Of a stretch of DNA of 64,000 nucleotides, positions 59,189-64,000 are shown piece after piece (positions within the stretch are counted from its first letter, which is position 1; each line of letters starts with the position of its first letter). The stretch is from IMG/VR virus record IMGVR_UViG_3300020213_000001. One strand, 5' to 3'. The DNA comes from a virus. The notes beneath the pieces were generated by a model. That model was not told the origin of the DNA. It saw nothing but the letters and a program-made list of their open reading frames with translations, and searched no databases. The position numbers were made by a program, and so were the translations under genes.

Positions 59189-59212
59189 CTGATTGATTTT
59201 ACATACTTGACA
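59180..59212 (+). promoter_or_regulatory. IHF-consensus site fused to a -35 box (also 60754-60786, 61532-61564, 61848-61880)
   Basis: TAACTGATTGATT is the reverse complement of AATCAA-TCAG-TTA, matching WATCAANNNNTTR. Confidence 0.6.
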
Positions 59213-59264
59213 AGCCTCTCTGCATAGTGTATAATGGGTTAAGAGCAACAACCAAGGAAACTTT

Positions 59265-59864
59265 ATGCAAATTAACAAAGAATTCCTGAAAAGCCTAAAT
59301 CCTTGTGCTGATAGATATAAGCATTTTCTAAAACACCACGGTGAGTTTAACGGAAGCTTTAGCGAATTCATGGACTTACCTAATCTTGACTATGAAGATA
59401 AAATCTGGGTTGCTGTGATAGTTTTAACCAAGAATCAACTAGTTAAATGGTCAATTCTCTGCGCTGAAAGTGTCATACATATTTTTGAGGCTAATTATCC
59501 AGGCAATAAAAGCCTTAGCAATTGCATCAATTGCATCAATTACCTTAAATCTATTAATGATTTTAATAACTTGACCGATGCCCAATCATTAGAGATTAAG
59601 AGGCATTTAGGTATTATCAGAGACTACTGTACCGCCCATGCCAACTATGCTGCCCTTGCTGCCAATCACTCCACCATTGCTGCCACCCTTACTGCCATCC
59701 TTACTGCCACCCATGCTGCCACCTATGCCTCCGACGCTGCCCGCTCTGCCACCGTTTCTGCCCGCTGTGCCACCGAATCTGCCGACTATGCCGGTGAAGA
59801 TGCTGCCAAGCATAGCCAGCAAGCTCTTAACCTGCAATTTCTTAAGCAAGTGATTAGCCTGTAA
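59265..59864 (+). CDS. Imm5-like paralog, copy K
   Basis: Same architecture; NCINCIN 9-nt duplication. Confidence 0.75.
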   Translation: MQINKEFLKSLNPCADRYKHFLKHHGEFNGSFSEFMDLPNLDYEDKIWVAVIVLTKNQLVKWSILCAESVIHIFEANYPGNKSLSNCINCINYLKSINDFNNLTDAQSLEIKRHLGIIRDYCTAHANYAALAANHSTIAATLTAILTATHAATYASDAARSATVSARCATESADYAGEDAAKHSQQALNLQFLKQVISL

Positions 59865-59926
59865 AGCTTGACAAGTTCCCTTGGTTGATGTATAATGGGT
59901 TAAGACCAACAACCAAGGGATTTTGT

Positions 59927-60304
59927 ATGAGTAACTTTCAGTTGTATTACAATACTACTTGTTGCCCCGATTATTTCCGGGGCCATAGTGGTCTAGTTCT
60001 CGCCGTACCAGTTCACCACGGCATGATGTACACTGAACTGTTTGGGGAGCTAAAGCGCGAATTAATCGCATGTGATTATGGCCTTGAGGCATATGGCTTT
60101 ACGTGGGAGATGCTGCACAATATGGTAGATGCCTGGATTAAAGGCACTAAAGCTGATATCGAGGGCGAGACGGGCCTGGACGCTTGTACCACAAGCTTTT
60201 ATGAAAACTCTGAACACGACGAGCAAGACGACGATGCAGACGACTACGGCATGGACCAGGGCGATTCCTGTTTCGCATACTTTATCGTGACGGATGCAGA
60301 CTAG
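59927..60304 (+). CDS. Acidic hypothetical early protein
   Basis: True ATG 59927 after the cassette promoter; first 8 codons shared with the 59000 gene. Confidence 0.65.
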   Translation: MSNFQLYYNTTCCPDYFRGHSGLVLAVPVHHGMMYTELFGELKRELIACDYGLEAYGFTWEMLHNMVDAWIKGTKADIEGETGLDACTTSFYENSEHDEQDDDADDYGMDQGDSCFAYFIVTDAD

Positions 60305-60408
60305 GTCGATCGTTCGTTCTGGTTTAGTCGTTAAACAAGGAACTATAGCTTGACAAGCTCCCTTGGTTGGTGTATAATGGGTTAAGACCAACAACCAAGG
60401 GATTTTGT

Positions 60409-60564
60409 ATGGGCAAGTACCGCATAACAGGCTGGAATCAGGAAGATTGCTTAAAGGGCAAGACTTTTGAAACCTTCGAGGAAGCCTGTGCATTTGTTCG
60501 CGAACTGGAAAAAGACGAAACTAATTCTTGGCAGGAATATTCAGTAGAGAGGTGTAAATCATGA
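60409..60564 (+). CDS. Small hypothetical early protein
   Basis: ATG after the cassette promoter; KTFETFEEA. Confidence 0.6.
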   Translation: MGKYRITGWNQEDCLKGKTFETFEEACAFVRELEKDETNSWQEYSVERCKS

Positions 60565-60755
60565 GCAGGGAAAAGTTTTTATTCGATCACGCTTACAATG
60601 CGGTTTACGTTCACATTGATAAATTTTCGTATGATGCGGACGGTGAATATCAGTATTGTGGAAAATTGAACGGGCGTACTGAATCGGAATTCATTCGAGA
60701 TTACGAGACGGAGGAGCCGGGGCACTGGACGAGAGGCGCAACCTTTGAAGATTAA
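60561..60755 (+). CDS. Small hypothetical early protein
   Basis: GAGGTG RBS; ATGA overlap. Confidence 0.6.
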   Translation: MSREKFLFDHAYNAVYVHIDKFSYDADGEYQYCGKLNGRTESEFIRDYETEEPGHWTRGATFED

Positions 60756-60839
60756 TCGCTAACTGATTGATTTTACATGCTTGACAAGATCTCCTGCATA
60801 GTGTACTATGAGTTAAGAGCAAAAACAAAGAGGTAATAT

Positions 60840-61103
60840 ATGCTTGACGTAACTATTTGGGATAAGCTTGATTGTAAAATTAAATCGATGATCTTTAAAA
60901 ATGGGTTAACTCCGGAACTAATTAAATCCAGCGTTATCGGCGAATTAAATGAGATGGTAATTAAAATATCTGATAACTGTTACGAGGTACTATTTTACGG
61001 TAACGGTGAGGCCCATATAGATGTAGACGTTGACGGCGTGGACTACTCTTTTGTGTACGTTGTGGATAATTACGGAAATGGACCTAGACTAGTAAACTAT
61101 TAA
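60840..61103 (+). CDS. Hypothetical early protein
   Basis: Promoter at 60781; GAGGT RBS. Confidence 0.6.
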   Translation: MLDVTIWDKLDCKIKSMIFKNGLTPELIKSSVIGELNEMVIKISDNCYEVLFYGNGEAHIDVDVDGVDYSFVYVVDNYGNGPRLVNY

Positions 61104-61116
61104 AATGAGGTGGTAT

Positions 61117-61521
61117 ATGTTCGAAATTAAATCTCTAGTGGGACGAGTACACGACACTAGTTTCGGCGGTTACCCATTTAAAATTATCGCCACCATAACC
61201 ATCACAACTAAAGAATTCAATAAGTTACCTGTACTACGGCGTGAAGCTGCTAGTATGTTTGGAGGTGCCCGCGTCGTCCGTAAACTTGGCGAGCTTGTCG
61301 TGGCGGTCAATAACAAGGTTTATGCCGTTAACAATAACATTCCCGCATATCATCCGAGCATTGATTCCGAGGGCAGTAAGCGGGCGGTCAAGGGCATTAA
61401 AACCATGGTATTCGAGTATTTTATTAAAAACTTTGAAACTGCTGAAAGACTTGGTTTTAATGTTGATCTTAAGCGCCAACTTATTAAATCGAATGATATG
61501 ATTGACTTTCTCTCTAAGTAG
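61117..61521 (+). CDS. Hypothetical early protein
   Basis: ATG after GAGGTG. Confidence 0.6.
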   Translation: MFEIKSLVGRVHDTSFGGYPFKIIATITITTKEFNKLPVLRREAASMFGGARVVRKLGELVVAVNNKVYAVNNNIPAYHPSIDSEGSKRAVKGIKTMVFEYFIKNFETAERLGFNVDLKRQLIKSNDMIDFLSK

Positions 61522-61618
61522 TCAAGGTCCTAGTCGCTAACTGATTGATTTTACATGCTTAACAAGGAAGCTTGACTAGTGTACTATGGGTTAAGAGAAC
61601 AAAACCAAGGGATTTTAT

Positions 61619-61828
61619 ATGAGCAAGGACAAGAATAAAACTGTTATAGTCTGGGCCGTAATGCCGCACGATATGGAGTATAGTGTGCAATATTGCAATA
61701 CTAAAGAGCAAGCGGATGCCTGGGCCTTGACATATAAGTCAGGGGCGACGGTTGAGCAGGTGGAGCAATTGGAGCGGGTTGTCGAACGGAAGGGGCGAGA
61801 CACCGCCCGACGTGGTTATCGCCTTTAA
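61619..61828 (+). CDS. Small hypothetical early protein
   Basis: Cassette promoter at 61559. Confidence 0.6.
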   Translation: MSKDKNKTVIVWAVMPHDMEYSVQYCNTKEQADAWALTYKSGATVEQVEQLERVVERKGRDTARRGYRL

Positions 61829-61933
61829 TACCGTGTCAAAGCGTCCTAATCGTTAACTGATTGATTTTACATGCTTGACAAGCTCCCTTGGTTGATGTAT
61901 AATGGGTTAAGAGCAACAACCAAGGGATTTTAT

Positions 61934-62302
61934 ATGATAACTCGTGCACAAATTAAAGCTAAGATTCAGAACGACGTACGCTATACCCTCACCGCCGAAC
62001 GTGAAGATGCTATACCGTCTGAATATCTCGAATATACTGAAGATATCGAAAGTATCAATAGAGCGGTCGATCGTGGAGAACTTTGGGCATGGTGTATGGT
62101 TACGGTTACAGCATCTGTTTCACTCCTTGATTATAATTATGAGGGGCGCGAGTACCTAGGAGCTTGCTCATACGATGGTGAATCTGATTTTAAATCGGGC
62201 GGCTACTACAATGAGATGAAAGACCGGGCCTTGGATGAGCTGGCCGACGCTATACTTGAGACTATTACTCGTAGTGAAAAACTAGTTAACTACTTGAAGT
62301 AA
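61934..62302 (+). CDS. Hypothetical early protein
   Basis: True ATG 61934 after the cassette promoter; YLGACSY motif. Confidence 0.65.
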   Translation: MITRAQIKAKIQNDVRYTLTAEREDAIPSEYLEYTEDIESINRAVDRGELWAWCMVTVTASVSLLDYNYEGREYLGACSYDGESDFKSGGYYNEMKDRALDELADAILETITRSEKLVNYLK

Positions 62303-62345
62303 GACTAGTATTGCGCTCCGCCAATCGTTAACCAAGAGGTAATAT

Positions 62346-62639
62346 ATGAGCATTGATCAAGTTTGGGCGGCGTTGGATATCAGTAACGCTCAATATACAG
62401 GTGTACTTGAGTTTCAAGATGATAAAGATGAGTGGCACAATTTCGTGATTTTAAAGACGTGCACTAGATTGTTATTCGGTAGTGCCTGTAACGTTGGGTT
62501 TCTAGTGTCAGGTTATATGATGCTGGATGAGAATGCTCATCTAGGCGAAAATTTGCAGGAGTTGTTAGTAGACTTAGAGACGTTTTATAACGATGGCCCG
62601 AGCTATACAAGAAAGATCGTGTTCAATGAGCGCATGTAA
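62346..62639 (+). CDS. Hypothetical early protein
   Basis: GAGGT RBS; LLFGSACNVGFL.SGY. Confidence 0.6.
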   Translation: MSIDQVWAALDISNAQYTGVLEFQDDKDEWHNFVILKTCTRLLFGSACNVGFLVSGYMMLDENAHLGENLQELLVDLETFYNDGPSYTRKIVFNERM

Positions 62640-62726
62640 TCAAGACAAGCATGGCCAATAGTCTTAGCTTGACAAGATCTACTACATGCTGTACTATGGG
62701 TTAAGAGAACAAAACCAAGGAGCTTT

Positions 62727-62966
62727 ATGCTTGTATTGCTACAACTGATTAATATCATGGGCTTACAGTGCATGGAAAGTGAGATCAGTGAGATCATGGA
62801 AGAAGGCACCGTAAACCTTGACCATCTGCTAAATTTCTTTGATTTTATCTATAGTGAACATGATATTCAATTGAGCGAATCACAACGCTTGCTTTTCAAG
62901 AGGGTATTGATAACCGGTAAATATAAGTCTTGTCTTGGTATGTCCAAGCTGATTAATGTTGCTTGA
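62727..62966 (+). CDS. Hypothetical early protein
   Basis: Cassette promoter at 62669. Confidence 0.55.
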   Translation: MLVLLQLINIMGLQCMESEISEIMEEGTVNLDHLLNFFDFIYSEHDIQLSESQRLLFKRVLITGKYKSCLGMSKLINVA

Positions 62967-63021
62967 CAAGCCTTACTGCATAGTGTACTATGGGTATAAC
63001 ACCAAAGAAAAAGTGGGTATT

Positions 63022-63231
63022 ATGAAACGTGTACTGATAAGCTTTGCCGCATCTTTAAGCTATGTACCTGATAATACTGAGAGAACTGCTAAGAAAATGT
63101 CAGACTTTGACGTAGTATATCAGACGTGGCCTAGTCGCAAGGCCATGGCTAAGGAGATTCGCTTGCAGCAATCACGCCCGCATAGGTCTGATAATTGGAC
63201 ATCATGCATTCCGCTTAAGGATAATGAGTAG
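63022..63231 (+). CDS. Hypothetical early protein
   Basis: ATG after promoter at 62963. Confidence 0.55.
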   Translation: MKRVLISFAASLSYVPDNTERTAKKMSDFDVVYQTWPSRKAMAKEIRLQQSRPHRSDNWTSCIPLKDNE

Positions 63232-63286
63232 AATTAGCTTGACAAGCCTTCCGTCTAGTGTTACAATAAGGTAACAGGAGAAGGAC

Positions 63287-63760
63287 ATGGCTATATTTAA
63301 CCGCGTCACTGGTGAGAGAACATACATTGGTCTGATTATCTCTGAAAGAGGCACGTTCAGATTAGACACGTCTATGGACGAAGTAGTAGTTTGGAACGTC
63401 CAAAAGCAGCACGCTGAGACTATTTATCTCGGTCAAGGCGATGAGCATGTCGAGCGTGGCCAGGACCTTAGCCCTGAAAATTTAGAGCAGTATAACCAAT
63501 ACACAAGAAGGCAGCACGATTTACGCATGCTCGCCAATGCAGACCGCTTGGTCAGGACCTTGGCAATAGGCTCTACAATCAGAGTAGTACATGGTCGAAA
63601 CGTTCCAATAAACACTATTGGCGTGGTGAATAGAATACTTAAGGCGTCAAAGTTTATCCAGTTGGTATTTGTTGACAAAGAGGGAGTTGAGTTCAAGACG
63701 TATGCCCGAAATATTGAGATGCAAGTAAATGGAGAGTTTACAGACGAATTTAACGATTAA
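63287..63760 (+). CDS. Hypothetical early protein with SH3/KOW-like C-terminus
   Basis: IGSTIRVVHGRNVP..TIGVV; promoter at 63239. Confidence 0.6.
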   Translation: MAIFNRVTGERTYIGLIISERGTFRLDTSMDEVVVWNVQKQHAETIYLGQGDEHVERGQDLSPENLEQYNQYTRRQHDLRMLANADRLVRTLAIGSTIRVVHGRNVPINTIGVVNRILKASKFIQLVFVDKEGVEFKTYARNIEMQVNGEFTDEFND

Positions 63761-63799
63761 CCTTGCAATGCTATGGGATATAGTGTAAGATGTACTATA

Positions 63800-63985
63800 A
63801 CAGGGTATAAGCGTTTTGCTAAACACAATGGAGAGTTTAACGCTAGTCTTAGTGATTTCCTGTGCTTACCTAGTATTGCCTATGAATACAAGGTTTGGCC
63901 AGTAGAGAGGTTATTGACCAGGAGTTAGCCGTTAAGCGATTGCATCAACATTAAGTTTCTAAACAGGCGATTGATTAGTATTTAG
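63800..63985 (+). pseudogene. Eroded remnant of the Imm5-like paralog (copy L)
   Basis: YKRFAKHNGEFNASLSDFLCLPSIAYEYKVW..., stop, then LSDCIN fused to NIKFL; no start codon; variable core deleted. Confidence 0.7.
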
Positions 63986-64000
63986 CTTGACAAGCTTGGT

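Larger units (their letters stand above)
48324..63992. repeat. Dispersed ~60-bp promoter/RBS repeat heading early-gene cassettes (about 27 copies)
   Basis: TTGAC[AT]-N17-(TATAAT/TACTAT/AATAAT/TATTCT)-GGGTTAAGAGCAA..AGG(A/G)..TTTATG. -35 boxes on minus at 48378, 49061, 50125, 50784, 51502, 51921, 52366; on plus at 52525, 53208, 53861, 54616, 55285, 55800, 56485, 57661, 58321, 58943, 59207, 59868, 60350, 60781, 61559, 61875, 62669, 62963, 63239, 63987. Confidence 0.9.

Noticed and set aside
47124-59912. Many Met/Pro-rich (MPP) and Gly/Ile-rich (GGI) ORFs overlapping the paralogs
   Set aside because: Shadow frames of TATGCC/GCTGCC codon repeats; no promoters or RBS of their own
59885-63021. ORF-track N-terminal extensions such as MYNGLRPTTKGF as a conserved peptide
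   Set aside because: They are translations of the promoter repeat; real starts are the ATGs after the RBS (59927, 60409, 61934, 63022, and 51867 on the left arm)
47124-63985. Diversity-generating retroelement
   Set aside because: No reverse transcriptase in the window and no TR/VR pair differing only at adenines; variation is block swaps and indels
48324-63992. CRISPR array or true integron
   Set aside because: Repeats are promoter-shaped, variable and separated by whole genes; no cas genes, attC structure or integrase seen
1-64000. tRNA/rRNA genes and alternative genetic code
   Set aside because: No cloverleaf or rRNA-like segment recognised by eye (tRNAscan not run); long genes are intact under code 11 and TAA, TAG and TGA all act as stops

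Overview
A 64-kb segment of a tailed dsDNA phage with a contractile tail. No integrase, repressor, DNA polymerase, tape-measure, rRNA, tRNA or CRISPR array is recognisable in the window. About 0.1-42.6 kb holds head, packaging, neck, tail and lysis genes: M15 peptidase, SF2 helicase, gpF-like head protein, portal, large terminase, a phage GroEL-like chaperonin next to an AAA+ ATPase, major capsid protein, scaffold, prohead protease, tail sheath and tube, and candidate lytic enzymes, holins and spanins. This part also encodes two unusual proteins. One is a 1159-aa polyprotein (ART-GNAT-ART-HExxH-SLT-like modules separated by likely protease sites). The other is an mCpol-like (Cas10/GGDEF-type palm) domain fused to an acidic tail. 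About 42.6-43.2 kb is an origin-like intergenic region. About 47-64 kb is a divergently transcribed early region of single-gene cassettes, most fronted by a repeated ~60-bp sigma70 promoter/RBS element. It carries 11 copies (10 intact, 1 frameshifted) plus one remnant of an Imm5-like gene with constant ends and a hypervariable, mosaic Ala/Tyr-rich core. This diversifying array is the best candidate for an undescribed system. All family assignments come from motif recognition by eye; no database search was run.
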